From Phoronis australis (Eukaryota; Animalia; Phoronida), in the NCBI GenBank assembly GCA_002633005.1, contig NMRA01000466.1, positions 292,670 to 356,669 on the forward strand: a stretch of DNA of 64,000 bases, given 5' to 3'. Made by a program: the position numbers and the translations under genes. Shown here in pieces: positions 24,374 through 39,085 of the stretch (positions are counted from its first letter, which is position 1; every line of letters starts with the position of its first letter). The notes under the pieces are model-generated. The model had not been told where the DNA came from. It worked only from the letters and a program-made list of their open reading frames with translations, and made no database searches.

Positions 24374-26420
24374 TCCGACTGTCTTGTGTCGGTACTGCTG
24401 TTGATTTGAAAACAAACTAGACAAATTTGGGAAGACGTCAGCTTGATGTAATTTGCGTGCCCCAAAAATTATCGCAATTTCGTGTGATGCAGTAACAGAT
24501 TTCTTACTTTTTCGGGATTTTGCTAAAATTGAAAGTTAAAAAAACAATGGATGATAATCAACGGTTTTGTGCACTGAATCTTTTTCCGTGTTCTGATGTC
24601 GTGCAATTGATTTTGATAACTTCTTCCTTAACACATGTACGTGTAAGAAACTGTCAACTCGTCAATGGTTGTCAATCTGCTATCATAATCGCGTTTAGTA
24701 TTTACGATACCCTCTTATTTCGTGCGGGCATACACAAAGTTTCTGCCATGAAGTTTGACGCTAAGATCACTGGTCGTGGGCAATATGCGTGATAACGTAA
24801 GAGAATGTGTACGCAAGCTACTCAGTATGCGTCATATTCCTAGCGTCGCCATCCAGGCTACTGCCATTAACACTTAGATATCAAAATCCCTACCATTTTT
24901 GAAGTTAACCAAATTACTTATACATATACATAAATGTCAAAAGCAATTTGGCAAAACTGTCAAATCAGAATGAGTAGCACAGGTGATATTTTCGTGGGTT
25001 TAGCACGCGCCTTACTTTTGTGTCTTTAATAAAAGATTGACACGTGCGAAAGTTGCATGCAAAATCTGGTAGTTAACTGACACTCACACACACCAGTTCC
25101 GATAATTTGTTGTGACATGTATGGAGCCTCGTGGATTGAAGAATCGGCGAAAAATAAAACTGGCCAATAGGTGACGCAATATTTCACAGTACCGAAAGCC
25201 GACACAAAAGATCGCTCCACAACTATAGTAGCAAAATAACCGTAGAACGTCAATTTTCTAAAACCGGTATCTAATTTAATTAAGGCAAGGAAGAGTTTAA
25301 TTTTCAGTGACACTAATTTTTGTCCTACTTTGTTTGGTCAATATTACCCACATCGGCGCAAAGCTGAATATATTGTATAAAGCTTTGCGCCAAGGCTATA
25401 GTGGTCCAAGCACTTTTTATCAATTGGATTTGAAGGAAAAAAAGCTAGCGTTGTTCCAACTGTACATGAATTTATTGTGCTCTGGTAGCAAATCCTTCTG
25501 AAACTGACTCCAGAATTTAGAGTCTTGTCCTTGGCTGTTTTTGCAACGAAACATGATGTCGGCCACCCACTTCTTCGCTTCATATTTGGCAATTTTAAAG
25601 TTTTTTGTTGATGAGACAAGTGTCTCATTCAATGATTGCCAAGGAAATTTAAGTCAACGTACAAAGTGAACTGTAGGACCAAAAAGTTTCTCGCTACCCT
25701 CATTAAAGCGCCAACCGCGTTTCACTACCATATGGAGCCCATGCGCTAGCATAAGGTACTATTTGACCACCAGGACGTTCAGTAAATATTCCCGGCGATT
25801 AGGGGGTTGCTCCAAAAGATTGGCGAGCACGTTTCTACTTACAGTGTACGTCTTCACACGAACGATGATCACCATACACCGAGGTGAGATCGTCCTGCTA
25901 TCCCTATCTTCAAAAAAGTCACTCAATTTAAAGTACACTGGAGGAAATGTCAAATTTGTAGGTCTCGGTGCAAATGTCACAGGGAACTTGCCGTCTAAAC
26001 GTATGTGAGATCAAAGATCAAAGATGCTTGCAAGTAAAGCATGGTCACATACTAAAGTATTTATGGGGCGTGATACCATGCGAACTATTGGCCGAGCTTG
26101 CGTTTTCACGAGATTCTGTACATGCGCCATGTTGTGTGTTGGACTTTATGCTTCATTCTGTTTATTTATGCCAAGCAAACTTTGAGGAGAGAGAAATGAC
26201 GTCCGGTTGCAAGAAATTTGTGGTCAATTCTGATTGCTTGATTCTTTCTGGCAGGGTTTTACCATTGATTGTATGTTCTGCGCCAAAGCATTATATGAAG
26301 CTATATGACGTAAGATAAATGCAAGTTGGCGCAAATTAGCAGTTTTCAGTGTTGTACAGAAAACAATCGTGGATGTCCTTGGCCTTTGAGCTGCTATTGA
26401 ATTTTGTATATTGCTTTTAG

Positions 26421-26543
26421 ACATCAACGAGTGTTCTACTGGACCTGCTAAGTGTCATTCTAATGCCACGTGTGCCAATACGAAGGGCAGTTATGTATGC
26501 ACGTGCAACAGTGGTTACGGAGGTGACGGAAATGACTGCAAGG
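26421..26543 (+). CDS. cbEGF exon
   Basis: DINECSTGPAKCHSNATCANTKGSYVCTCNSGYGGDGNDCK. Confidence 0.93.
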
Positions 26544-28369
26544 GTAATTATGCCATAGCAGTTTGGGAATTTTCGAAATATTAGATTATATTCAGCTTGA
26601 GTTGAGGCTATGTCCATCCGAACACCATCTTGAAAAACTTAGCAAGCGTTGCGCATACTAATGTCTTTGCACCTAAAGCACGCTCGATACAGTATTCGTC
26701 ATTTTCCGTACGAAATATGCCGCCAAATCGGACCTTCGTCTTTTCTAACGTTATTTTAAGGAAGTGGAACTGTTTTTCAAAAGTATAAAACTATATGGGC
26801 AAATACATTGAAGGTTAAACTTCTTTCCTACTCTGTTACCATTCACTACTAATTTCACTGCGCGCCGCATTCAAACAATCAATCGGGGAATTCTCATTTT
26901 TTAGACAACTAAAGTTCCTTGCCACTTTTGTAAATATTCTGAGCAACACACATTTCAAACATTCGTATCAATACTACCTTGAAAGTCAGAACGACTGAAC
27001 ATTTTCTCAACAACCTGCATTCACTGCACCAAAACTCACCTGTCATCGAAGCGAAAGTCTGCAAGTTATTGTACGACGCACGGGCCATATTTTTGTAATA
27101 TGTAAGCTCAGTTTTTGCAGCCTAAACATGTGGTATAATGGAGAGGTTTCACAAAGCGACCTGAGCATGAATTATTACACATTTATAATACCGCGTCATA
27201 CATATCATTGTTGGCTGTATCGTAATTCCGATAGTGTTTGAGAACTTTATGCCAATACAGAGAGATTTGCGTCGCTTTAAACGCGAAACCTGTGGCTTTT
27301 TTTAATTCTTATTTCGTAAGACATCGATAGGTTCTCAATCATTTTTTCTGTGCTTCGGTATAAAATGAACACAATTCTTTTGTATGTAAATGGTAATTAA
27401 GTTTAGTTGCAGGAAAGCACTTTTTCCAAATCGTTATTCTGCCGGCGTTCGCTGAATATCATCGAACTACAATTTTTATGAGATATGATTTTGCGTTGTT
27501 AATTTTTTACCTGCTTAGTTTACATGCATCTATTTATCTTAAACTTCAAATCAATTTTGCATTCTAAGAGTTGACTATTTTTGCAGAAGTTTGTAGGAAC
27601 GACTTTTTCATATTCAACACGTATTTCTATCTCAGTGGATATGTTCTACAATAACGGGACACTCTGAGCTCAGTTATGAAGTTCACATTTAGTTTCTCGT
27701 TCGCGTATGCGTCATGACTCACGTTCACGTCGCTTTTCGAAACCTCTCTATAGTCAAGAAACTGTCGCACGACTCCGAAATTTTGGAATGACTTTAAAAT
27801 CTCCGTAGAAAGTTCCTGTTTCAAAAATGTTGAATGAAATTTGTGGGCTTATTATTCAACGATTGGTAGATAAGACTGTCCAAATCGAATTAGACGATAT
27901 AGAGCAAACGCAGAAAACAAATATTTAATGCAGGAAGGCAAGACAGTGTACTCCAACTTTAGACTCAAACGTATAAACTTAAAAACGTTACTCTTAGGCC
28001 AAAGTAGTTCAAAAGGTTTCTTGTCTGCTGTGTAAAGTTTGAAAATGCTTTACCGACAATTTAAATGTAAACGAAGTAAAGAGAGTGAACCATGATAAAA
28101 CACGGCAATACGCGTTTGAATGGAAAGCACCTTTAGTTGGGCACAGGTGTAACACCGAAGGTTTAGATAGGAAGTCATTTGAGTCACAGTGCAAAACACA
28201 TACATGTAGGCAGTAACTTAACACAGATGCTGGAAGAGACTTGTTTGTAATTTAATGGATTTTTAGCCTGCTGCTCTTTTATTGACAATTTTTTTTCGAT
28301 GACCATTTCTGTTTAGTTTTCTCCCTGTAGTTGTCGACATTGCTTAAATATCCTGGCATTTCATTTCAG

Positions 28370-28489
28370 ACATCGACGAGTGTGCCAACGCAACAGCATG
28401 TCATTCCAATGCCACTTGCTCAAATACCGAGGGAAGTTTTAAGTGTCGTTGTAACAGTGGTTACCAAGGTGACGGGTTCGACTGTTATG
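28370..28489 (+). CDS. cbEGF exon
   Basis: [40 protein letters not shown]. Confidence 0.93.
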
Positions 28490-30350
28490 GTATGCTACTT
28501 TAATGAAAGAATTTAACTAATATGTGTTTGGCTTATTCACCATTCAATCAAAAACACAGGGAGGAACTCAATAGGTAATTACTACGTCACTTCACCCTTT
28601 TGATATTGCGGTAACGCCTTCAGACTGCCGCACTTGGCCTGCACTGTGGTATCACTAGTTATGATTAGCTTGTCATCTGCTATTCTAGTGTCTGGTCAGT
28701 GAGTTTGAAACCAGGTAAATTAAAAAGCTGTTTGATGCGTAGACATACCGTTCTTCACTTGTCCGACTCTGCTCAAACGTGACTATAGATCTCAAATACT
28801 AGGTGAGCCATACAATTCAGTCTTCTAACACATCAAACGATGACAAAATAAATCCAGAATTTCCTATTTGGAGGAATTGTGGCGTTCGCTGTGATGATCA
28901 GGTGGGACGGAGTCTTCTTTTCAAAAGATCCCCCACTCGCTTTTCCTCTCTATGGAAATTGTATATTTAACCAGTTAGCAATTGACTTGTGATCTGTTTC
29001 TCCTCTCGCGATCACACAAACTTAATGCTGCACCACCTTTAGGCACTGAACGTGATGGGTAAATGGTGCTGAGGGGTTAAAAGAGAGGGCGTCACTTCTA
29101 CTCCCTCTGGAAGGACAATTGATTTTGCAAAATGAGTCCAACTATACAGTCCACTTCCTTTTTAAACGTCAGTGTCAACCGACTTTAAATTCTGAAATTA
29201 AAATCCCTCAAAATCCAAAATAGTGACCAAAAAGGATGTAATATAATCAAATTTTGCATTCTTAGATTGTTCAAGGGGAATTTGAAATCGCAGAAGATTC
29301 CTGATGGCGTCGTTTTTAAGGGCCAACAAACAACAAACCAGATTCAACAAGCTTTCATCCAATACAATCTCCAAAACTTCGGGCATAGCCGATTCGCTCC
29401 TGCCCATTAAAATCTTATGACAACACAGTTGACAGTTGTTGTATGCCAAGTTTGGATATACGAAAATAGTTCTAAATGAAAACAGGATGATGGATGATGT
29501 CATACAATATTAGGTTGCAGTGAGGTAACATGAACAATGTGGTGATTTCAATAAATACAGTATTGCAAACAACACGATAATCTCGGATTACCTACATAAC
29601 CTGTTGTTGCTATATTACATGCAATGCATTTTAAACACCGGCGTTTTATCAACTACCTGGACTAGTAGCACTCGTGAAGTCAGTTCCAACATAAATGGTG
29701 TGACCAGTACCCTGACACGCGCACTGAATTCATACATTACAAAATAGATTGATCGGTTAGTCGTGGTTCATAACTTTCACTCACGCCAGCACAATGATAT
29801 GTAGATAGTTCAAAAAGCTATGAAAAACAAGTTCTTACTGCCACGTTGGTGTTCTATCCAAAAATATTCACGTGGTAGATACATACTACGTTCTGACGTC
29901 GAAAAGTCAAAACTTAATTGCTACCAACCGCTATGTTTACTGTTTTCTCATGGTGACCTGTTATGGGGTGGGATGCCTACTAGGACTTGCCTGCATTTTG
30001 TGTTTTCCCGTGTTTCTAAAGGATGGTAAGGACTGCGTTTCATTTTATCTAGAATATCACAAAAGTGTCATTTAATGAATGTTTTGATATTTTTTTTGGC
30101 TGTGGCCGTGGCATACTCTTGGGCAGAAACCGTAATGCTAGTAGAACAGTTTCCATTTTCCCTCAAATTAGAGATAGGCGTAAGCCATTTTACGATTACT
30201 GGTGCCGTTATTGCGATTATTTCGTCCCTTTTAGGAGAGGCAGATTGGACCTTTAAAGTTGTTTCGTATTATGTTTCTGGTATGCTCTGTTCTTTTACTT
30301 ACCGAAGTACAAACTAATTCTTAGCACAGTCTACCAATGCGTTTTTATAG

Positions 30351-30479
30351 ATATCTTCGAATGCAGTAACCAAGAGGTCACGTGCTCTGTAAACGCCAAC
30401 TGCACTGATACCAAAAACGAAGGCCGTTTTTTCTGTGTTTGCAATCAAGGATACGCTGGTGACGGGCTCAGTTGTTCCG
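30351..30479 (+). CDS. cbEGF exon
   Basis: DIFECSNQEVTCSVNANCTDTKNEGRFFCVCNQGYAGDGLSCS. Confidence 0.9.
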
Positions 30480-31680
30480 GTAAGAAAATATTAATTTTAG
30501 CAGGCCTTATTGGAAGACCGGTGCAAACAATGCGAATTTCAGTGGACGGCTTTACGATTTTTGTTTTAGAAAAATCACTTTTTGACAGAACCAGGGCAAT
30601 AAATCCAACTTTTTGTCGGTCTTAAGAAACGTTCAAAACCTTTCAAATTAGTAGGCTAAGGAGTTTTAGCGATATCTGAGCCGAACAACAGACATCATGT
30701 AGCTGCGAAATCAGTATGCTCAGTGTACAGTAGGTACTTTTGCCTGCTTTTCCGTGATTTTCAATAGCTTGGAGTACAATTTAATGTAGTTGGTAGAAAT
30801 AAAAGTAATTGCCCATTTTCTAGAAGTTCTCTCACAATTCATAAGATAGCGTTCAAATTATTAACTGTCTTACCAAAACTCGTATATTTTCTGAATACGC
30901 GATGAGTGGAAATATGAACCCATGACCTAAAATACGGCTCCCGGTCGCATTCACGTGATTGCCATCTTGTATGGAAAGTCGTTACGTAAATCATTGAAAC
31001 ATGTAAAAGTGTATTCGACTTTAAGGTTTACATAAGTTCACTGTATTAACACAGTCGATAAGAATGTGACCAAAAGTTGAATCAACATTTCTTGTGTCTT
31101 CGAACATCCTGGTCAGATATCAGTGTTCAAAATGTTTAGTTCATGTTTTAGGCATTACCTTTAAAGTTAGAGCAGCATGCATGTTATCATTCCCAAATCC
31201 ATTCTGGTGTCTACCTATTGGGTAAATCACAAAAGGATCGTTATGAAATTTGATATACATATTCTAACTGTGAAGATCATGGCTGACATTGAGTTTTAGA
31301 CGGCTTAGCTGGCGCATCCTGGGGGCAGTTATTTTCGTATCTGTAGCTTTCTCTCCTATGACTGACAACCGATAACGACCACCTTCGGTCTTATGTGACT
31401 ACCGTTGTTCCCCTACATGTAGTTACAATTTACTTTTCTATGTTTTTCTGTCTATCTTCAGAATTCTTGAACGTATGTTAATGCTATCTGGTAATAGTTT
31501 TCTATCAAAAACGGCAATGCCTTCCCAATTTCAGCTTGGTTTGACGTATTATTCATCATTTAGTGGTCATCATTTTATGCACTCACATATTTATATACAC
31601 CATGACCCCCATCTGTCCTTCCTCCGGCGTCCGTCTGACGTCCAGCGTCCGATGCTCTATCTCCCAAGTCCTTTGGTGTA

Positions 31681-32030
31681 CATAGGCGGATTTAAGGAGG
31701 GGGGGCAGGGGGCCCGCCCCCTCCTCCCGGCTTCTGTCAAAACAATAAAACAGCAAGAACGTGATAAACTATTGAGTTGATAATGAACCCGGGTAATTCA
31801 TGCGGCTGAGGGGCGAGCTCAGATCCGATTGCAAGTGTCCGGTTCAGACCACCGGAGCAATGGTTTCCCGTTTTTTTTATTTCTCTGCTTATTTTTTAGT
31901 ACAAATGTACACATCCAGACATTCGAGCCACCCTATCTTTTGGGCTGGGTGTGCGCGTTCAACCGTGCTTTGCGCGATTGCCCGAGACAAAATGTTGGGC
32001 TCCCCTTATGATATGCCAGATCCGCCACTG
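31681..32030. mobile_element. hAT-like MITE
   Basis: Ends CATAGGCGGATTT / AGATCCGCCACTG with G/C-rich subterminal tracts; TSD not evident. Confidence 0.6.
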
Positions 32031-32108
32031 GTGTTTTTGTTAATGAACGAACGTTCGGATGGATGGGAATTTAAATTTTTCTACCTTTACCTCTGTATTT
32101 GCAAAATA

Positions 32109-32978
32109 TTTTTATGCGCCCACAGATTTATTTGTGGGTGCATTACGCCGTCATCTCTTCCGCCCGTCTGTCGTCCGCCCAGCGTCCGTCCAGCGTCTGG
32201 CGTCCGCTGCTCTCCAAAATCCTTTGACGTATGTTCATGAAATTTTGCACGTGTTTCTTTTATACACTGGAACGGCATCAGCGAACTTTCGGACGGATTC
32301 GACTACTGGTGTGCCCCCTATTGACAATTTTAGCCAGGTCCTCAACGGATTTTCATAAAATTTGGCATACGGGCATCTATTAATAAGATGATGCTATCCT
32401 CTCGTTTTAAGATTTGAAGTAATTTACGCCACCTAGAGGTTATTTTTCACTGTTTTCGAGTCTGTTCTTGGCGTCCAAGCCTCTATCAACCAAACAGCTC
32501 TAACGATGATTATGAAAACTTCCATGTGTGTTCTCATCATGAAGAGGATGGCTCATGATGATTTCGCGACTACGTCGGCTGCTGTGGCGCCTCCTAGTGG
32601 CAGTAATTTTGCACTCATCGTTTTATCTCCTAAACGGTTGGAAAGATCTTTACTAAATTTAGTAAGTGTATGTAGATGAAGCTAACAACAGACGACGACG
32701 ACGACGATTTTCAGGCGGATCCAACGAATGCTGTGTCCCCTAAAGGCAATTTCGTGTTTTCCGTTTTCCTTTGTTTCTTTGTTGCTACTGTATAGATTTT
32801 AATGAAATTTAGTAAATTGCCTTCTATCAAAAAAGTGATGGCATGTTCCTGTTTTCGGATGTATTGGACATTTTGGCGCTTTCTAGTGGCTATTTTTATG
32901 ATACAAATAAAAAACCGTAGACGTACCCCGTTTGCTGTGCATTCGTGGGCGCATTTCAACGGTTTTCGTTGGTCTTGT
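32109..32978 (+). mobile_element. Helentron/DINE-1-like element nested in the outer copy
   Basis: 5' TTTTTATGCGCCCAC..GTGGGTGCAT, (CGTC) tract, 3' GTTTGCTGTGCATTCGTGGGCGCAT. Confidence 0.7.
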
Positions 32979-35705
32979 CCTAAAATTTGGCATCTTTCAG
33001 TTAGATGACGCCATCCTGTTTTTTTCGGATGTATTTGAGGTATTTTACGCCACCTAGTGGCCAATTTTACTGTTCTCGAGTCTGATTTAGCGTTCACCTC
33101 TGTTTTAACAAACCAGTCCAAAGATGTTTTTGAGAATGGGCATTTTACGTCCCTACTGTGAAGAGAACGGCTGACGACTTCGACAACTCTGCGGGTCACA
33201 GTGACACTTTAGATTTTATGCCAATGGCTGTGGCTTCTAAAACTTCTGCAGACTCTTTACTAAATTTAGCAAGTGTTTTTGTATGAAGTTGACAACGAAC
33301 GACGATGTGACCCTATTGGTTATTTTAGTATTTTACGTTGATCTCTTTATCGTCAGATGTCCTCAACAGATTTTCATAAAAATTCGTAGACAGGCATCTT
33401 TTAGTGATTTAACCCTTTCCTTTTGTTCTCGGAAGGCTTTGAGGTAATTTGAGCGACTTAGTGTGAATTTGTATTGTTTCCGGTTCAGTTTTGGCGTTCC
33501 CCCTCTATCAACCAAACCACTCTAAGGATGATTTTGAAAATTTATGTTTCTACTGTGAAAAGGATGGTTGATGATGTTTTTCGGACGGCTCGGACTACTG
33601 TGGCACCAACTAGTGGCAGTTATTGCGCTTATTACGGTATCTTCAAAGACCCCTACAGGATCTTTATTAACTTCTGCAACTGTATTTACACATGTATGTG
33701 AAATTGACACCTAGTGACATTTTTTTCTCCTTGTACGCTATATCTTTGAAACTTCTTGCCTGATGTTTGTAAAATTTAATATTTAGGCATCTATTAAACT
33801 GTCGAAAATTTCCCCTTTTCTGATAAATTGGACGTATAGCGGCTGTTTTTCTTATCATAAAATTTTGCAAATAGGTTACTATTCAGTAAGGAGACGACGA
33901 TGCCTTCTTATTTTCTGGCGGATTTGACGTAGGTAACGCCTTTCGGCGGCCATTATAATTTTTTATAATGTTTTTGACATCGTCCAATGCAACCACCAAA
34001 TCGCTTGAAGGATCATTATTATAATTTGGAGGTGTGTTCCTGATGAGAAGACAGAAGATGACGTTGATTTCCAGACATGCTCAACTAGTCTGGGGCCCTC
34101 TAGGGGCAATTTCATTTTTGCGTCCACGGCTTTATATCATTTACTTTTGAAAGATCCGTCTGAAATTTAGCGGATGTTTTCCTATAAAGATAGCAACAGA
34201 TGACGGCCAGTTTCAAACTAATCCAGCAACGGATGTGTTCCCTAGTGACAATTTTATTCTTTACGTTTGTATGTAATTTCGGGGTTCCTTGATGCTTTGT
34301 CATGAAATTGGGCAACCAAATTACTATTATGAAGACGACACATGTTTTCTTTTTATGATGAATTCGACGCATTGTGCACCAACAAGTGACCACTATTTAT
34401 TATTGTCTATTTTATGTCTTTTGCTTTACAAGTATCTGTCAAACCTCGCACTGAACCATTTTGAAAGTTGGCAGATGTATTCCAACTGACGAGTAGTGGA
34501 TTTTCAAACGGATGCAACTACTTTGGCTCCCCCTAGTGACATTTTAGCTTCTACGGCTGTATATCCTAAACCCCTTGCAAGATGTTTTTGAAATTTTGCA
34601 ATTGTAATTCCTATTAACTATTACTCTAACTTGGCAGTAGAGGGATGGATTCGACTACTTCTGTGGTTCCTAAAGGAAGTGTGGTTTTTACGGTTGCTTT
34701 TGTATCTTGGAGTTTGGTAGCGACTTTCCGAATGTACATGATTGTATGGCAAATAATTTTGAGAGACAACGACGCCTTTCTTTTTGGATGGGTTCAACCT
34801 ATTCTAAGCCATATGCAGTGTAATGGCCACTTTAACAATAAAATTACTGTAAACACCCCTAGAAGCACACCGTTTGCGGTGCAGTCATGGGCGCATTTCA
34901 AACTCTGCGATGCTCCTCTGGTTTTTGTCCTTCGTTTCTGTACCTGACAAAGGATCATTATTAAAATTGTTAATATGTTTTTCATTTAGAAAATGCATGA
35001 TTGGCGACGATTCCAACTGCTGTAGCACCATCTAGTGGCAATTTTGTTGTAGTTATTTGTTGCATCTTCATGAGATGCTATTCACTTTTTATTGAGAAGA
35101 GTTCACCTGATTTGGATTTTGGGTCAAACCCTACTACTGCGTAGTACCATACTGGCAATTTCGTTCTTTGCCTCTGTTGAGATCCTTTCCATAATGGATG
35201 TCCATGGAATTTAGCCAATAAGATACTATCACGTAGACAACAAAACATGCTTCTGACGAATTTGACCTGTATGTTAGTTGGGCCCCTAATGACGTGATCG
35301 TTATTTTTGTGCAAGTTCTTTGTTGCCCTCTTGTCTATCCTCTAAGGTACCATGAGAGCAATGGTGAAATGTGGCATCTGCGTTCCTATTGAGCGGTCCA
35401 TAGCCAATTATTCTGCACCCCCCAAATGCTACTTTAGTCTGACTAGAATTGCTTTTTTAGTTAGAATGTTAAAATATATATCATTTCGTGTACCTGTCAT
35501 GTACCGTGCGAAGGGTAGACGTATTTCAATGCTCTGCGTTACTCTTTCATTCTGCAACTGTTTATCCGGTAATAATGTATGATTTATCCAGTGATATAGT
35601 TTGAGGACTGGAATAATTATCCCATTTAGCATTTTGTATAAAGTTACCATCCTTTTTACTAACACAAGCTTTGCTCTGTGCTCCACACAAACCTTCGCTT
35701 TTCAG

Positions 35706-35828
35706 ATGTTGACGAGTGCACGAGGGGTAAACATAACTGTTCAGCTAACGCTAAATGTTCCAATACACTTGGGTGGTACGATTGCGATTGTAACGCCGGT
35801 TACACGGGCAACGGGCTCGAATGTGCTG
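35706..35828 (+). CDS. cbEGF exon
   Basis: DVDECTRGKHNCSANAKCSNTLGWYDCDCNAGYTGNGLECA. Confidence 0.93.
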
Positions 35829-36097
35829 GTATGTATGAAAGTTGCACGTAAGAGAGCTGAACTAACATTGATCATAAGCTTTTTTATTGTTGGATTTCAA
35901 GATTTACTATACTAATTGACATAAAAGTAATTTCAATATATCCAGTAACCAACACATACTGGTGGACCGCTGGGAATCACTGGCGTCACCGAATGTGTAG
36001 GTGCTCAACTATGTTTGTAATGAATTGTAATCGACGCGTTGTGGTTTGCATCATAGATTGCAAGTGTATTGTTGTTTTTTTTGAAAACTTTTTCTAG

Positions 36098-36220
36098 ATA
36101 TTGATGAATGCACTGATGGAGCTGATGACTGTAACGCTGACGCCACGTGCACCAATACCAAGGGAGGTTTCACGTGTGATTGTAATAGTGGTTACCAAGG
36201 CGACGGAAAAGAATGTTCCG
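36098..36220 (+). CDS. cbEGF exon
   Basis: [41 protein letters not shown]. Confidence 0.93.
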
Positions 36221-38962
36221 GTATGTTTTTACGTTCACAAGCATTTGAAATTTACAAATACAATGGCCTGTGACCTTTTTATCTTACAATACAAGCATTA
36301 GTTAAAGATCACCATCTCGCAATAAAAACATACAGGAACGTGGTGCTTACACTATTCAACAATTAATGCACAGCAAAAAGTGTACGGAACATTTCAAATC
36401 TTTTTCTGAAGAAGAGAGATAATATAATAATTGATCATTTTAGTTAGCAGTTAGATTCATGGATAGGTACAGTATACAAGATGTAGACTTAGATACGTGA
36501 CAGCAATTGGGTAGGTTTTCCTCACAGAGAAAAATCCACAGCCGGAAATACTTATACCGTTAGCTAAAACATCATACGTACAGCAGTCATTGTTTAATGA
36601 CACTGGGTAACATGAAACCTTTGCATACGTTTTGTATTTGAAATAAATTGCTGGATTTGATTTAGGGCATTAGTCTTATGCATTTTGGCTCTTAGCAATT
36701 GCGCTACATTCCATTTACAGTACTGGTGGATCTCCAAATCACCCCCACTTCACAAGCATTATGCTGTAAATTTACCCTGAAAGGGAATATAACCGCTCCT
36801 TTTAAAAATTGCATACGATATTTTTACTTCAAATAAAAAATTATTAAATATAGATTTTGGCTAATTGCTTTTCTTATGTTGGCCAGCGTTATCACTTCTT
36901 GCAACAAGTACCCGTGGAACCAGCCCCAAACTAGCTCATTTCAGAAACGGAATGTGGTAAAAACTCTCAAAAGGAACATGCGCTTGAGTTAATGCATTGT
37001 TCAGACTAGCCAGCCATAAAAGTGATCATTTAATCTTTCTGTTTTAACAAAAGGACACAGGAACTCTTGAGACTATTTTCGTTATATTTTTTAGTCTAGG
37101 GAATTGAATCACGTCAAATTTATTTTGGTCGTGGTTTGTGTAGAAAAGTTACTCCGGAGGTCTCCAGAGAAACGCAAACCTGACTTCATGCAAGGGAATT
37201 AATCCGTTCACACAGGGCCTCTGTTTAGCTGCAAACCCAGGATTTTTGCAGAATTGTTGTTGGCAAAAGGCAAAATACAAAATATGAAAATCAGAAAAAC
37301 AATCATTAATCGAAACTGAGTCGAACCCCCCCAAATTGTGTTTTTTTAGAAACCCATCATCGCTGTTAGTATGTACGTGAAGGTCTCTGGAGGAAGTTCC
37401 GGTTGCTGGTTGTATGAAGCAATCCCTATCAGGCACTCAGCTATGTACATTTGGCGTTGTATGTCAAATGCTGAACAGGAAGATGATGATGAGCGCTTTA
37501 ATGAGCAGGATTTCATAATTATATGCAAACACACGTTTCGTAATTTTATGTTGGCTTGGGAAATCCATAAGCAGGACTTACACAAACATAAAGCGAACGA
37601 TATCAATTCTATCTATCGGTGCCTACTCCTTATGCGATTGATTTTGACAAAGAACGTATTTTTTGTTATGAGGTCAAATCTCACATAGCCTGGAATCGAA
37701 AGCATCATTTGCACTCACAATCGACAACACGTCAATTCTCCTGACTTCAGCTCTGACCATAACTTAACCTAGCTGTTGACTATTGGTTTCCAATATTTGG
37801 TATCTCCTACGAATCCGTCTGTGATTGATATCATTTGGGCCGGTATGTGACTACATGTATTAGGCCTACATCGAAATAAGAACTGTGATGGACGTGGCGT
37901 TACGGTGCTTCTCAACACGTAAACTGAATCATATGAATCTCTTCTCAGTAATGAGTTGTTTTTAAGGAATTGCAGATTTATGGGAATTCAAAGTATATAA
38001 GCCAACCCCAGACGGCTAAACCAAAACCATAAAACACCCCTGGTACTTCAAAGCCTCGCCATTTGTTCAGTAATCCTCCTTAAAGGAATCATATGTCGAT
38101 GGGTTTCTGTAATCTAACTGGTCGTCTTTAGAAGTTCATGTCCCCGATAATTGGTAAAATTTGAGATTCTATTTGTAACCCAGCTCCTTCTGCGATTCAA
38201 CTGAAACGTATAATTAATATGTTCACAACTTCATGGAGCTTGCTGTAACACAAATCTTTTGCGCCCTACAAGTCGACACCAATTTTTCGAATTTTGTAGG
38301 TTCTTGATTTTCACATGCCTATGTAGGTACAGTGTAGAGGTAAACGGTCGAAAGTGCGTTGCGCCCAAACGTTCAGCGGGAGATGTCACTGTCAGAAAGA
38401 TCCATTTACATTTGGAAATTATTTCCCGAGTAATTGTAAATTTACGGTGATTTAGAGGTTTTAAACCACCCTCCAATGACATGACCAATAATGAAAAAGA
38501 AGACCTTAAACACTACATGGCGGTGCTGCTGATTCAGTAATAAATTCCACTTGTAGATGCACCCCTCAATGTAATGCCACTGCTGGTGTTTAAGAGATGC
38601 TATACCGAGAATTGGAGAAAACAGTTTACTTGTAGATTTATACTGCTTGCTTGGAAAGAAAAACGTTGTATTTGTCCATGAATTGATGTTGATTTGCACT
38701 GAGACATGAAGTTATTACAGTAGTTAACACATAGTTTGGTATTGATGAAAGTAAAAACCATCTTTGCTTTGCTGTAGCCATAACCTGGAGTAAACTAGTG
38801 CAAATTAAAATACTTATGACTTGTGCTATATCCATCAATACATCCCCACTCGGCTCCATGAACTACATTGTACAGATCAAACATGTATTCGATGCCCTTA
38901 TTTTGTACAAATCCTTTTTCGTCACCTCCTACTGTGTGTCTAACAATGAATAAATCTTTCAG

Positions 38963-39085
38963 ATGTCGACGAGTGTTCAGCAGGAAACGATAATTGCCAT
39001 TCTAACGCAAATTGCACAAATTCTATCGGCAGCTTTACGTGTACTTGCGTTGACGGTTACAAAGGAGATGGGGTCAACTGCAATG
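38963..39085 (+). CDS. cbEGF exon, type D
   Basis: [41 protein letters not shown]. Confidence 0.93.

Larger units (their letters stand above)
31573..34923 (+). mobile_element. Non-autonomous Helentron/DINE-1-like element (outer, old) with tandem core repeats
   Basis: 5' TTTTATGCACTCAC and (CGTC)-type microsatellite; degenerate ~140-150-bp cores; 3' hairpin CACCGTTTGCGGTG then ATGGGCGCAT. Confidence 0.65.
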
